Shown: positions 46,079-56,360, counted from the stretch's first letter. The stretch is 64,000 nucleotides of DNA from an uncultured Chthonomonas sp. (GCA_903885605.1 CAISJD010000077.1:8490-72489), one strand, 5' to 3'. Notes: generated by a model from the letters alone, not told the origin. Made by a program: numbers and translations.

Positions 46079-47092
46079 CTACTTGCGCCGCTTGGGTGTG
46101 GGCTTCGCCTTGGTCTTGGCCGTCGTATCGGCCTTGGCGCTGGGCGGCAGGAGGTTGACATAGATGGCCGCCTGCACGGCGCTCTTCATCTCGGCGGGGG
46201 TATCCGGCGTGGCCGGTTCGCCCACCGTCTTTTCGGTGATGTCCGCACTGAGGATCAGGAGGCCCGACGTTACAAGGCCTCGTGCCTTGTCGAAGGTGTA
46301 TCCTCCGTCGCCCTTGATGACGCCGGTTCGGGTCTTCTTCACAGCCGCGGGGTCGGTGGTCGGCTTCTTCTTCGCGTCGAGCGACTGCTTCACGTCCATG
46401 CTGAAGATGGACTTCAGGAAGACAGGCGTCTTCGCGGTGATCTCGGTCGGCAGGGAGAGCCGCTTCGGAAGCTCGGCCTTCAGCTCGTCGGATGCCGGGT
46501 ACGAGACGACCGGGCGGTACTTGACGGCGACCATCTCGCCGCTGAAGCTCGCCTGGCTTCCCTGGCCGCCCAGGAGTTCACTTGTGTAGGGCCACTGGTC
46601 GCCGGGGGCCACCGCATGCTCAGGGAAGACCACCGGGAAGAGGAGGCAGTAGAGCCGCTTGGGATCGACGCCGGGGATCGACACGGCGAAGGGCAGCGGC
46701 AGGCCTGGCTTCACGCTGACGACGGCGCCTGACTTGGCGAACCGGACCACCTGATCGAGGACCTTGTGCGCGTCCTCCTCAGGTACGGGGAGGGGGATGC
46801 CCGCCATCTCGGCCTCGGCAGTCTCTACTCGCAGCGTCATCTCGGCCGACCCATCGGGCCGTACCGCGGTGGGCGTCGCCTTGTACACGATAGTGAGAAC
46901 CCCGTCGATCTGCACGGGCTCCGGGTTGTCGAAGAGCGGAATGGCGCCGGTCAGGTGCGCCACCAGGCTGTAGCGCAGTGGCTGTGCGGCCGTCCATCGG
47001 TACGCCAATGGGCGCAGCTGGGCCTGCGGCGCGGTCGGACGCGGCAAAGCCCCCAGTGCGAGCAGGTGCATGCAGAGCAGAAGAGCGGGCAA
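46079..47092 (-). CDS. Hypothetical secreted protein (337 aa), Lys-rich tail
   Basis: Leader MPALLLCMHLLALGALP. APGDQWPYTS motif similar to the KPGDTW of the next gene. C-terminal KADTTAKTKAKPTPKRRK. Confidence 0.6.
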   Translation of the reverse strand: MPALLLCMHLLALGALPRPTAPQAQLRPLAYRWTAAQPLRYSLVAHLTGAIPLFDNPEPVQIDGVLTIVYKATPTAVRPDGSAEMTLRVETAEAEMAGIPLPVPEEDAHKVLDQVVRFAKSGAVVSVKPGLPLPFAVSIPGVDPKRLYCLLFPVVFPEHAVAPGDQWPYTSELLGGQGSQASFSGEMVAVKYRPVVSYPASDELKAELPKRLSLPTEITAKTPVFLKSIFSMDVKQSLDAKKKPTTDPAAVKKTRTGVIKGDGGYTFDKARGLVTSGLLILSADITEKTVGEPATPDTPAEMKSAVQAAIYVNLLPPSAKADTTAKTKAKPTPKRRK

Positions 47093-47123
47093 GTGTTCCT
47101 CCCGATAGGGAATGACGTCGGCG

Positions 47124-48257
47124 CTAGGCCAGAGGCTCCAGTTCGCGCAGCAAAGCGGTCATAAAGAGCGTGTTATCCAGGCAGACGTAGCTCAGGGCTC
47201 CGCCCATCCGGTAGAAGGTCTTGCAGAACCTCAGGTAGTACGCCGGATGGTCCATGGGTGGTTCTCCGGCCGACCAGTCCCAGTCGCCGCCCTCCTGGAT
47301 GTCCACCACAACTAGCGAGTGGTCATGGACGATGGCCCCGCCCTGGGCGATCGCCAGGTTGTTCGCCATGGAGAGCGCCTTTTCAAAGATCATCGGCGCC
47401 ATGACAGAGCTTCCCACGGCCAGGTGGACGCCGCCGGTGAGGCCGCTGACGCTATGCGCGTAGCTCAGGAAGTCGCGCACCGCCCCGCGGCCGATGGCTC
47501 CGCCGGTATTCGCCGGGTGCGTGTAGATGATGTCGTAGCCGATACCCGGATGCACGGTGAAGGGGATGTCCAGTTCCCACGCGGCGCACTGGACGCTCGT
47601 CTCCTTGCGCCTGTGGCTGATCCTCTGGGCGCCGCCGTCGATGCCCAACTCATGGCAGAGCGTCAGCAGGTCAGCGGCAGCGCCGGCCTTCTCTGCCTCC
47701 GAGCGCGATGCCGAGGATGCGGCGGTCGCCGATAGGTCGCGCCGCGACGGGATCACCGCTCCATCCTCGGCGATGAACCGGCCCACGGAGGCGCCGTAGC
47801 CCAGTCCGTCGAGGCCGCCGGCAGCCACGGCCATGTTGATGTAGCGTCCGGTCTCGTCCCACGTGCCGAAACAGCCCGCCGCCGTGTTGGCGCGCACGTC
47901 CTCCGTGCTCAGGCCGCCCAGCGCGAACTCCCAGTCGTGGATCGATCCCGCGCCGTTGGTGGCGACGTGGGTCAGCCAGCCGCCCTTCATGAGCGCGATG
48001 ACCACGGGCGAGAGGCCGTTCTTGATCAGGTGCGCGCCGTAGGTGAGCATGACCGGCCTGCCGGCTGCCCGGGCAGCCCGAACCCGATCGGCGCAGGCGG
48101 CCACCTGGCGCCCGATCGCGGGCTCGAGCTCCGGCATCGGCGCCGAGGGGCTCACCGAGATGGCGTCGATCTGCAGCTTGTGCTCGCGCGAAGCCAGCGG
48201 CAGCATCCGCAGCTGCGATCGGTCCATTCGGGCCATGATGTTGGGCTTACTCTGCAT
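47124..48257 (-). CDS. Deoxyhypusine-synthase-like (DHS-like NAD-binding fold) protein
   Basis: YGAHLIKNGLSPVVIALMKGGWLTHVATNGAGSIHD parallels the DHS segment ...SNLISSGIRE.IRYLV....VDVLVTTAGGVEED as I recall it. Later IPFTVHPGIGYDIIY and GGVHLAVGSSVMAP also parallel DHS. Start is uncertain: ATG 48257 overlaps the GH38 stop by 11 nt, and ATG 48236 is the alternative. Confidence 0.5.
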   Translation of the reverse strand: MQSKPNIMARMDRSQLRMLPLASREHKLQIDAISVSPSAPMPELEPAIGRQVAACADRVRAARAAGRPVMLTYGAHLIKNGLSPVVIALMKGGWLTHVATNGAGSIHDWEFALGGLSTEDVRANTAAGCFGTWDETGRYINMAVAAGGLDGLGYGASVGRFIAEDGAVIPSRRDLSATAASSASRSEAEKAGAAADLLTLCHELGIDGGAQRISHRRKETSVQCAAWELDIPFTVHPGIGYDIIYTHPANTGGAIGRGAVRDFLSYAHSVSGLTGGVHLAVGSSVMAPMIFEKALSMANNLAIAQGGAIVHDHSLVVVDIQEGGDWDWSAGEPPMDHPAYYLRFCKTFYRMGGALSYVCLDNTLFMTALLRELEPLA

Positions 48258-51200
48258 GGATTTGTACCTTGAACGTGCGGATCTCCCAGGGCTTGATCGT
48301 GAAGTGGAGGTCGCACCCTTCGTGGGCGACTGGCGCATCGTTTTGCTCGGTCAGGTCGCACTCTGAGGCGGCGGAGATCGGGCGCCGGAACCGGAGCGCG
48401 GCCGGGCCTCGGCTACCGTGGGCCTCGTAGACGCGGATGATCACCTCGTCGCTATCCTCGGCCATCTTCACGCTCTCGACGACGACGTTCTCGTTGGACA
48501 CCGTGAGTAGCGAGCGCGGCGACGGGAGCCGGCCGGCCTTCGCTGTGGTCGGCGTGGCCAGCAGTGGCACGTTGAGTTCCATGCCCGCCCGCACGACGCC
48601 CGAGCGCCAGTCGCCGGCGTGGGGGAAGAGCGAGTAGGTGAACTCGTGGGCGCCCAGGTCGGCCTTGGGGTCGGGCCACTCCGGCGATCGAAGCAGCGTG
48701 AGGCGGAGGGTGTCGCCCTCCACGTCCCATCCGTACTTGCAGTCGTTCAGCACGGCAACGCCGTACCCGGCTTCGCTCAAGTCTGCCCAGCGCTGGCCGG
48801 CCACTTCGAACCGGGCCTCATCCCAGCTGGTGTTGCGGTGCGTAGCTCGCTCGATGGCGCCGAAGGCGATCTCGAACGTGGCGCGGTGCGCGTGCACGTC
48901 CACAGGGAAAGCCACCTTCAGCATGGTCTTACGCTCAGCCCACTGGACCGTGGTGGCGAAGTCGATCCGCGGTGTATGGCCGTAGAAGATCGTCCGCTGG
49001 ACCAGCGATGAGCCGCGGTACCCCAGCGTTCGCCGAAGCACGAGCCGCACGGGGCCCTGCTCCTCGACCTCGGCGGGCCCGTGCTGCTCGAAGCGCCACA
49101 TGCGCTCGCGGTACGAGAGGTCCACGTCCCAGGCCTCGTCGCGAACCGGCTTGTCCTCGAAGATCTGCAGGTCGTTGGCGACCCGCCCCTCGGGCACGAT
49201 CTCCCGGGCGCAAGCGAGGTCGTATAGCCTGGTCAGTGAGCCGTCCTGCGCGATCTCGGCGCGGTAGAAGGGCGTCATCACCGTGCCGCCCGCGACCGTG
49301 AACGGGCACTCGGCAGGTGAGGAGGAGTCCAGGCCGTAGACGCCATAGCCGCACGACGGTACGCCGCCCGCCACGAAGGTGATACCTTCAGGCCCTGTCT
49401 GCGCAGGCCGCTCCTCCCCCTCGGCGTTGACCACTCTGATGCCCGGAGCGGACGCCAGGGCGGCCAGAGCGCCCGTGGCGGGCAGCGTCACCACGTCCGT
49501 CCTATCCCAGGATAGCGTGTTGAAGACCACGACGGGAGCGCCGTCCACCTGGGTGTGCACCAGGTTCGCGATGTGCTGCAGCCCGTGCGCCCGGGCTTCC
49601 TCGCCCAGCTCGGCGATGCGCTCGTAGTCACGAGCGGAGTCGACGTAAACCTCGTTGATGGAGGACCCGGGGATGATGTCGTGGAACTGGTTCAGCAGGA
49701 TCAGCTCCCAGCCCTCGCGCATCGCCTCCCTCGGGTACTCAGCGCCGAGGAAGGCGCAGAGCACCGAGAGCATCTCCGCGTCACGGTAAAGAAGCTCGCA
49801 CTTGCGGTTCCATCGCTTGTTGGCGGCCTGGGTCGTCAGCGTTCCGCGATGGCGCTCGAAGTACATCTCGCCGGCCCAGACGGGCAGGTCGGACGTCGTG
49901 GCGGCCACCCGGTCGAAGAAGTCATGGACACGCCCTGTGCGCGCCGCCGGCAGCCCCGGCATGGCGGCGAGGCGCGGCAGCATCTCCAGCATCTCTCGGG
50001 TCGGGCCGCCGCCGCCGTCGCCATGGCCGAACGGACAGAGTACTTCGGGGCATGCCACCTTGGAGTTGTAGTCGTGCCACTGGTGCATGATCTCGCGCGG
50101 CTGCACCTGGGCGTTGTACATGTTCATCCTGTTGTGCACGAGTTGGGTCAGCAGGCGCGAACCGTCGAGCCCTTCCCACCAGAACGTGTTGTAGGGCAGG
50201 CGGTTGGTTTCGTTCCAGGCCACCTTGGAGGTCATGAAGGAGTCGATGCCGCTCCGCTTGTAGACCTGCGGCAGGCTCCATGTGTATCCGAAGACATCCG
50301 GTAGCCAGCCCACGCGGACCTCGGCGCCCAGTTCGTTGCGGAAGAAGCGCTGGCCGTAGAGGCACTGCCGCACCAGTGACTCGCCGGAGACCACGTTGGT
50401 GTCGTTCTCGACCCAGGTTCCGCCGATGGGCTCGAAGCGGCCTTCGGCAACCCGCTCGCGGACGCGCTCGTAGACGGCTGGGAAGTACCGCTTGAGGTAG
50501 ATAAAGAGCGGCGCCTGGCTGCAGACGAAGTGGTAATCGGGGTACTGGTCCATCAGGGCCATCACGGTGGCGTAGGTGCGGCCCACCTTGCGCATGGTCT
50601 CGCGGAGGGGCCAAAGCCAGGCGACGTCGATGTGCGAGTGGCCGGCGAAGAGCATGGAGCCGGGCACCTTGCCGAAGTCGATGGCGTCCAGCCGGCCGCG
50701 CAAGCCGGCGCATGCCGCCTCCAGAGACCGGGCGAAGCCGTCCGCCGTGCTGTCGCGGAAGTCCACGCCCTTCAGGCTGTCGCGCATGGCGGTCAGCACG
50801 GCTTGCTGCAGGAGGGGATCTGGCAGGACCTCCGCCGCATCGACCAGCGCCTTGCAGTCGAAGTAGGCCGCCTCTATCCGGTCATCGACGGCCACGAGCC
50901 GCGCCTCGGCCAGGATGAACGGCTTGCTCCGGTCCTCCGAGACGTAGGAGAGGTAGCCGCCGGTCTTCATCTCGATCTCGAGGGAGTACCGCTCTCCGCC
51001 CTCCGCGCATCGAGCCAGGTTAATCTGTCCGCGGTTGTCGTCGATTCCGTGGTATGGCACGCCGTCGATGAGCAGGAGGCCCTCGCCGCCGGTTCGCATC
51101 TCCAGGGCCACCCGGCGTCCGCGCCATGCAGCAGGGATCGTGACCTCGCGCCGAAGGAACGCGGTCTGGCCCTCTTTGGCCCAGGCATCGCCGACGTTCA

Positions 51201-51375
51201 GCGGCGACCAGTCGTCCAGGTCGTCGTACCTCTCCGGACCGAGGTGCAGCGCGTGGCGGACCTGCCAGCCGTCGAGCCGAGACGCGCCGACGACGGCCGC
51301 TCGGCCGATCTCCGCGGCGCGATGCCGCATGGTCTCATACAACGTAGCCAATAGCGAACCCTCCCCGGCGGCCAT
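48247..51375 (-). CDS. Alpha-mannosidase (GH38)
   Basis: GHSHIDVAWLWPLRET metal-binding motif, GGTWVENDTN, then GH38 central and C-terminal beta-sandwich-length regions. 1042 aa, with no signal peptide evident. Confidence 0.9.
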   Translation of the reverse strand: MAAGEGSLLATLYETMRHRAAEIGRAAVVGASRLDGWQVRHALHLGPERYDDLDDWSPLNVGDAWAKEGQTAFLRREVTIPAAWRGRRVALEMRTGGEGLLLIDGVPYHGIDDNRGQINLARCAEGGERYSLEIEMKTGGYLSYVSEDRSKPFILAEARLVAVDDRIEAAYFDCKALVDAAEVLPDPLLQQAVLTAMRDSLKGVDFRDSTADGFARSLEAACAGLRGRLDAIDFGKVPGSMLFAGHSHIDVAWLWPLRETMRKVGRTYATVMALMDQYPDYHFVCSQAPLFIYLKRYFPAVYERVRERVAEGRFEPIGGTWVENDTNVVSGESLVRQCLYGQRFFRNELGAEVRVGWLPDVFGYTWSLPQVYKRSGIDSFMTSKVAWNETNRLPYNTFWWEGLDGSRLLTQLVHNRMNMYNAQVQPREIMHQWHDYNSKVACPEVLCPFGHGDGGGGPTREMLEMLPRLAAMPGLPAARTGRVHDFFDRVAATTSDLPVWAGEMYFERHRGTLTTQAANKRWNRKCELLYRDAEMLSVLCAFLGAEYPREAMREGWELILLNQFHDIIPGSSINEVYVDSARDYERIAELGEEARAHGLQHIANLVHTQVDGAPVVVFNTLSWDRTDVVTLPATGALAALASAPGIRVVNAEGEERPAQTGPEGITFVAGGVPSCGYGVYGLDSSSPAECPFTVAGGTVMTPFYRAEIAQDGSLTRLYDLACAREIVPEGRVANDLQIFEDKPVRDEAWDVDLSYRERMWRFEQHGPAEVEEQGPVRLVLRRTLGYRGSSLVQRTIFYGHTPRIDFATTVQWAERKTMLKVAFPVDVHAHRATFEIAFGAIERATHRNTSWDEARFEVAGQRWADLSEAGYGVAVLNDCKYGWDVEGDTLRLTLLRSPEWPDPKADLGAHEFTYSLFPHAGDWRSGVVRAGMELNVPLLATPTTAKAGRLPSPRSLLTVSNENVVVESVKMAEDSDEVIIRVYEAHGSRGPAALRFRRPISAASECDLTEQNDAPVAHEGCDLHFTIKPWEIRTFKVQIHAE

Positions 51376-51467
51376 CCCACGCCCGTCGTGCCGGACGAGC
51401 CGACGTCCTCACAATATGGTGGCACAAAGGCATGGGTGGGCGGCCACCCGCCGATGCGGCGGCGAGG

Positions 51468-52310
51468 CTACACGGCCCCGGCGTCCTCGCCGGCGCGGTA
51501 CTCCTTGAGGAGACGGACCTGCTCCCTGCCCTGCGCCTCAAGCTTCGCCATCCATCCCGCGCGGTAGGGCTCCAGCTCATCCACCAGGGCGCTGACGACG
51601 GCGAGGTCGCGGAACCACTTGTGGTCGGACGCGACGATGCGCCACCGCGCGTGCTCGTGCGAGCAGTGGCCCATGGCTTGCTCGTAGGCCTTCTCGTACT
51701 TCGGCCAGAGCTTCCTCTCCTCCCAGTCGCCCACGGTGAGCTTCCATGACTTGGTGACGTCGGCCTCCCGCTCCAGCAGGCGCTCCTTCTGCTCTTCGTC
51801 GCTGATGTGCAGCATGAACTTCAGGATGATGGCGCCGTTACGGTGCAGCATGCTCTCGAATGCGTTGATTTCGCGGTACCTCTCGCTGCACTCGTCGGCG
51901 TCCACCAGGCCGTGGACCCGCACTACCAGCACGTCCTCGTAGTGCGACCGGTTGAAGAGGACGATGCTTCCCCGAGCCGGAGCCTGGGCATGGACGCGCC
52001 ACAGGTAGTCATGCGCCAACTCCTCCGCGGTAGGCTGCTTGAACGGGGCCACACGGCAACTCTGCGCGTTGATGTGGGTGAGGAGGCGCCGGATGAGGCC
52101 GTCCTTGCCCGAGGTGTCGCGGCCCTGAAGCACAATCAGCAGCGAGTGCATTCCCGCGGCGAAGAGCAGGTCCGTCAGCTCGGCGAGCTTGGGACCCAGC
52201 GCCTCGAGCCGTTCGGCCGCCTGCTCTTTGCCCAGGCCCGCGTGGAAGCCCGGATCGATCTCAGCGAGCTGCACCGGCTCTCCGTGCCGCACAAGCGTAG
52301 TGAGTTCCAT
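51468..52310 (-). CDS. ppk2: Polyphosphate kinase 2 family protein (polyphosphate:nucleotide phosphotransferase)
   Basis: Start at internal ATG 52310 with GGAGGAAGGAG upstream. LQGRDTSGKDG Walker-A-like motif, YLWR, FNRSHYEDVL. The upstream 85 codons of the listed ORF were rejected. Confidence 0.85.
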   Translation of the reverse strand: MELTTLVRHGEPVQLAEIDPGFHAGLGKEQAAERLEALGPKLAELTDLLFAAGMHSLLIVLQGRDTSGKDGLIRRLLTHINAQSCRVAPFKQPTAEELAHDYLWRVHAQAPARGSIVLFNRSHYEDVLVVRVHGLVDADECSERYREINAFESMLHRNGAIILKFMLHISDEEQKERLLEREADVTKSWKLTVGDWEERKLWPKYEKAYEQAMGHCSHEHARWRIVASDHKWFRDLAVVSALVDELEPYRAGWMAKLEAQGREQVRLLKEYRAGEDAGAV

Positions 52311-52378
52311 GGCGTTGCTCCTTCCTCCCGAAGCGTACCCTGTGAGCTCGCAGACGCGATCGGCGTGGGTCTGACCGC

Positions 52379-53101
52379 TCAGAGCCGGACCGGGATAGCG
52401 CGATCCAGCCGGGCGTCGGTCGGGGTGAGGGTGGCGGTCCAGGCCCAGCACTCCACCCCTGCCGCAGCCGCTGCCCGGACGGCTGCGGCGAAGCGCGGGT
52501 CGCGCGCTTCGTTGGGCTCGAGGGCCATCGCGTCCGGCCGCTGTACCACCCAGCAGACGGCGCATCGGAGCCCCTCGGCGGCAAGCTCGGCCAGATGGGC
52601 CATATGCCGCGCGCCTCTCTCGGTGACGGCGTCAGGCCATCGTGCGATGCCGTCCTCGACGAGCGTGGCCGACTTCACCTCCACCCAGCAGGGCGCCCCA
52701 CCGGGTAGCTCCAACCGGAAGTCGAACCGGGTCCGTGGGCCGCCTGCAGCGCCGGGCGGGGGAGTGGCCTCGCGCCGCCAGGCCAGGGCGTCAGCGAAGG
52801 GGGCCAGCCGGCGTTCCGCCAACGCCTCCTCGAACAACGCATTGGCCAGCGTGGAGCGCAGTCCCACGAGCGTCCGCTCTGGACCGTGCTCGACCCGCTC
52901 GAGGGCATATTGCGTCGAGCCGCCGGTCGGACGCGGCGAGAGGAGCAGGAGCGCACCCGGCAGGAGGAGTTCGCGGAGCCGTCCTGGGTCGGCGCAGTGC
53001 ACGCGCACCACATCGCCTCCCTCCTCCAGACGCGCCAGAACGAGGAACCGGTTAGGCCTCTCTACAAGCCGCGCCGCCACAGTGATCTCGCTGGTCTTCA
53101 T
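52379..53101 (-). CDS. sfsA: Sugar fermentation stimulation protein SfsA (nuclease-fold DNA-binding protein)
   Basis: Start at internal ATG 53101. RPNRFLV, HCADPGRL, FDF...VEVKS and TERGARHM motifs characteristic of SfsA. Confidence 0.85.
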   Translation of the reverse strand: MKTSEITVAARLVERPNRFLVLARLEEGGDVVRVHCADPGRLRELLLPGALLLLSPRPTGGSTQYALERVEHGPERTLVGLRSTLANALFEEALAERRLAPFADALAWRREATPPPGAAGGPRTRFDFRLELPGGAPCWVEVKSATLVEDGIARWPDAVTERGARHMAHLAELAAEGLRCAVCWVVQRPDAMALEPNEARDPRFAAAVRAAAAAGVECWAWTATLTPTDARLDRAIPVRL

Positions 53102-53197
53102 GGACCCATCCTTCCTGCACGCCACCAGAAGCGCCCCCTGTGGCGGTACCCTTGTACCCGGCAAGCAGGCATTCCTCGGCATGGCGGGAGGTGCATC

Positions 53198-54265
53198 TTG
53201 GCGAGTTCCACTTCGACGTCAGCAGGACATTGCCCGGCGCATTGGGTCGTCTGGGCCCTGGTGGGCTATTGGACATTGCAGGCTGTGGTCGCACTCCAGT
53301 CGGTGCTCATGGCCTTTGCTGCCGCCTGCTTCTTCGCGGCCATCCTCGAGGCGCCTGTTCGAGCCCTGGGACGTCGAGGCCTGCCCAGAACCTCCGCAGT
53401 GGCTCTTCTGGCCACGGCATTCGTGTGCAGTGCCATCGCCCTGACATGGGCGTTCGCCAAGCCGATCGCCGATCAGGTGATGGTGGTGGCGCACGATGCT
53501 CCACGGTACGGCGCCGCGCTCGAAGCGAAGGCGCAGCAGGTCTCAGATGCCGTCCCGTGGTTGCGCGCGCAAGTCGAGGGCATCGAGATCGGCAAGGCCG
53601 TCTCTGCCGTGGGCCGACAGGCCCTGCCCTCGGTGGGCAGGGCTTCGGCCTCCTTCCTATCGTCACTTGTCCTGCTCTTCCTGACCGCCGTGGTAACCCT
53701 CTACATCGCCGCCGCGCCGCGTCAGCTTGTGCGGGGGATGGTGATGCTGGCCGCCCCGAGCCGCCGCAGGCTGGTGCTGCGCATCGTTTTCGGCGTGGTG
53801 CGGCAGATCGAGACCTGGGCCCGCGCGACCCTCTGGCTGATGGTGCTGATCGGTGTGGTGTGCGGACTGGGCCTCTGGGCCATGGGTGTCCGGTCGCCGC
53901 TGTTGTTCGGCATCCTGGCGGGCATCGGTGAGGGCATCCCAACCGTCGGGCCGATCTTCTCAGCCATTCCGCCGATCCTGGTTACGCTGGTTGATGACCC
54001 GGGCAAGGCGCTCTGGGTCGGTGTGCTCTACCTTGTGGTCCAGCAGGTCGAGCAGCAGGTCTTCGTTCCGCGCATCATGTCGTCGGCGCTGAAGCTCCAT
54101 CCGGCGTCGGTGCTCTTCTTCGTGGCGATCATGGGCGCGCTGATGGGCCCTGTCGGCCTGCTCTTCGCCACGCCGCTCTGCGCTTCGGTGAAGGTGGTGT
54201 ACGACGAGGTCCGCCTGGACGCCGCCCGGCGCCGCATGGCAGAGACTACAGGCTCCAGGGCGTGA
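53198..54265 (+). CDS. AI-2E family transporter (PerM/YhhT-like permease)
   Basis: TTG 53198, 6 nt after GGCGGGAGG. Multiple TM helices. Conserved C-terminal GEGIPTVGPIFSAIP...VEQQVFVPRIM...LHP motif region. Confidence 0.8.
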   Translation: MASSTSTSAGHCPAHWVVWALVGYWTLQAVVALQSVLMAFAAACFFAAILEAPVRALGRRGLPRTSAVALLATAFVCSAIALTWAFAKPIADQVMVVAHDAPRYGAALEAKAQQVSDAVPWLRAQVEGIEIGKAVSAVGRQALPSVGRASASFLSSLVLLFLTAVVTLYIAAAPRQLVRGMVMLAAPSRRRLVLRIVFGVVRQIETWARATLWLMVLIGVVCGLGLWAMGVRSPLLFGILAGIGEGIPTVGPIFSAIPPILVTLVDDPGKALWVGVLYLVVQQVEQQVFVPRIMSSALKLHPASVLFFVAIMGALMGPVGLLFATPLCASVKVVYDEVRLDAARRRMAETTGSRA

Positions 54266-55464
54266 GCGGTGGCAGTGTTGACTTCGCCATTCTGGGCGCA
54301 GGCGTTGTGGGGCTGACGACGGCACTGGAGCTTCGGCGCAGGCATCCGGGCTGCAGCGTCCGCGTGCTGGAGAAGGAGCCCGCCGCGGGCCTCCATGCCA
54401 GCGGGCGCAACAGCGGGGTGCTCCACGCGGGCTTCTACTACACCGCCGATAGCCTGAAGGCGCGCTTCTGCGTCGAGGGGTCGCGCCGGATGCGAGAGTA
54501 CTGCGCAGACCGCGGCCTGCGGGTGGGGAAGCACGGCAAGCTCGTGGTCGCACGCACCGAGGCCGACCACGCGGGCCTGGACGAACTGCTCCGGCGCGGC
54601 GCGGCCAACGGCGTGCGGCTGCGGGCCATCTCCGAGGCGGAGGCTCGTGAGATCGAGCCGAGGGTGCGGACGGCGGGGCGCGCCATATGGTCGCCGGACA
54701 CGGCGACGGTGGACCCGGCCGAGGTCATGGCCGCGCTGGCCGCTGACTGTACGCGCCAGGGCGTCGAGCTCCGCACGTCAGAGCCTGTCCTCGCGGCCGG
54801 GCCGGGCTGGGTCCGGACGCCGGCCGGGCGCATCGACGTCGGCCACATCGTCAACGCGGCGGGCCTCTATGCCGACAGGATTGCCCGGGGTTTCGGCTTC
54901 GCCGAGGGCCTGGAGATCATTCCATTCAAGGGGCTCTACCTCTACAGCGACGAGCCGCCGAGCGCGCTTCGTACCAGCATCTATCCGGTGCCGGACCTCC
55001 GCAACCCATTCCTGGGCGTTCACTTCACGGTGAACGTGGACGGCCATGCCAAGATCGGCCCCACCGCGATCCCCTGCTTTTGGCGCGAGCAGTACGGTTG
55101 GCACGAGCGCTTCCGTGCCGGCGAGCTTGCTGCGGTGGGCGCGGCGGTGGCGCGGCTCTGGCTGGCCGACAGCTTCGGCTTCCGGCGGCTGGCCGCGCAG
55201 GAGATGCGCAAGTACAGCCGCAGCGTGCTGGTCGGCCAGGCGGCCGAACTGGCCACGGGTGTCCAGGTGGGCCAGTATCGCCGCTTCGGCCGTCCCGGCA
55301 TCCGTGCCCAGCTACTCGACCGGAAGCGCGCCCAGCTGATCATGGACTTCCGCGTGGAGGGCGACGAGCGCTCCACGCATGTGCTGAACGCCGTCTCGCC
55401 GGCCTTCACCTGCTCCCTGGCCTTCGCCGACCACGTCTGCGACATCGTGGACCGCAGCGCATAG
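54262..55464 (+). CDS. lhgO: FAD-dependent L-2-hydroxyglutarate oxidase/dehydrogenase-like protein
   Basis: GTG overlapping the upstream stop (GTGA). DFAILGAGVVGLTTA dinucleotide fold, SGRNSGVLHAGFYY, C-terminal HVLNAVSPAFT typical of the LhgO/DAO family. Confidence 0.7.
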   Translation: MSGGSVDFAILGAGVVGLTTALELRRRHPGCSVRVLEKEPAAGLHASGRNSGVLHAGFYYTADSLKARFCVEGSRRMREYCADRGLRVGKHGKLVVARTEADHAGLDELLRRGAANGVRLRAISEAEAREIEPRVRTAGRAIWSPDTATVDPAEVMAALAADCTRQGVELRTSEPVLAAGPGWVRTPAGRIDVGHIVNAAGLYADRIARGFGFAEGLEIIPFKGLYLYSDEPPSALRTSIYPVPDLRNPFLGVHFTVNVDGHAKIGPTAIPCFWREQYGWHERFRAGELAAVGAAVARLWLADSFGFRRLAAQEMRKYSRSVLVGQAAELATGVQVGQYRRFGRPGIRAQLLDRKRAQLIMDFRVEGDERSTHVLNAVSPAFTCSLAFADHVCDIVDRSA

Positions 55465-55475
55465 CCCGGCGGAGC

Positions 55476-56360
55476 TCAGGCGCGGATCATGGTCCCGATG
55501 CCCGTGTCCGTGAAGACCTCGATCAGGATGGCGTGGGGCATCCGGCCGTCGATCAGGTGCGCGCGTTCCACGCCGGCCTCCAGCGCCTCGATGCAGGCCT
55601 CCAGCTTCGGGATCATCCCCTTGTCGGCGGCGCCCGAAGCCAGCATGGCCCGCGCTTCGGCGGTGTCCATCTCGCTGATGAGGCTGGTCTTGTCGGCGTA
55701 GTCGCGGTAGAGGCCATCGACGTCGGTCAGCATGATGAGCTTTCCGGCGCCCACCGCGGCGGCGATCGACCCGGCCGCATGGTCCGCGTTGACGTTGTAG
55801 GTGTGCCCGTCCTCGCCGATGGCTACCGATGAGAGCACGGGGATGTAGCCGTTATCGGCCAGCAGGTGGATCAGGTCGGCGTTCACCTTGGTGACTTCGC
55901 CGACGAAGCCCAGGTCGCCATGCGGCGATGTCTTTTTGCGCGCCACGAGCAGGTTCGCGTCCTTGCCGCTCAGGCCGACGCCGCGGGCGCCCTGTTGGTT
56001 CAGCAGCGCCACGATGCTCTTGTTAGTCTTGCCGGTCAGCGCCATTTCGACGATGTCCATGGTCGTCGCGTCGGTGACCCGCAGTCCGCCCACGAAGGCC
56101 GGTTCGTGGCCCATCCGCTTCATGAGCCCGCTGATCTCCGGCCCGCCGCCATGCACCAGCACCGGGCGTATGCCCACGTAGTGGAGCAGTGCGATATCCT
56201 GCATGACCTGCGACTTGAGCGTCTCGTCGGTCATCGCATTGCCGCCGTACTTGATGACGACGGTCTTGCCGGCGAAGAGGCGCAGGTAGGGGAGCGCCTC
56301 GGTCAGTACGGCAGCTCGTACGGACGCGGGGGTGTCGGTCATGGTTGGTATGGTGCTCAT
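55476..56360 (-). CDS. argB: Acetylglutamate kinase
   Basis: VVIKYGGNAM, VLVHGGGPEI, GLRVTD and LTDVDGL motifs. ATG 56360 overlaps the S9 peptidase stop (ATGA); the listed GTG 56369 is an alternative. Confidence 0.9.
   Translation of the reverse strand: MSTIPTMTDTPASVRAAVLTEALPYLRLFAGKTVVIKYGGNAMTDETLKSQVMQDIALLHYVGIRPVLVHGGGPEISGLMKRMGHEPAFVGGLRVTDATTMDIVEMALTGKTNKSIVALLNQQGARGVGLSGKDANLLVARKKTSPHGDLGFVGEVTKVNADLIHLLADNGYIPVLSSVAIGEDGHTYNVNADHAAGSIAAAVGAGKLIMLTDVDGLYRDYADKTSLISEMDTAEARAMLASGAADKGMIPKLEACIEALEAGVERAHLIDGRMPHAILIEVFTDTGIGTMIRA

Noticed and set aside
47124-48257. The idea that the DHS-like protein is a SIR2-type NADase of a defence system.
   Set aside because: The motif TNGAGSIHD and the downstream segments line up better with deoxyhypusine synthase (TTAGGVEED...) than with the sirtuin GAGIS...GIPDFR pattern. 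No partner typical of SIR2 defence systems (HerA, pAgo, TIR, SLOG) is nearby.
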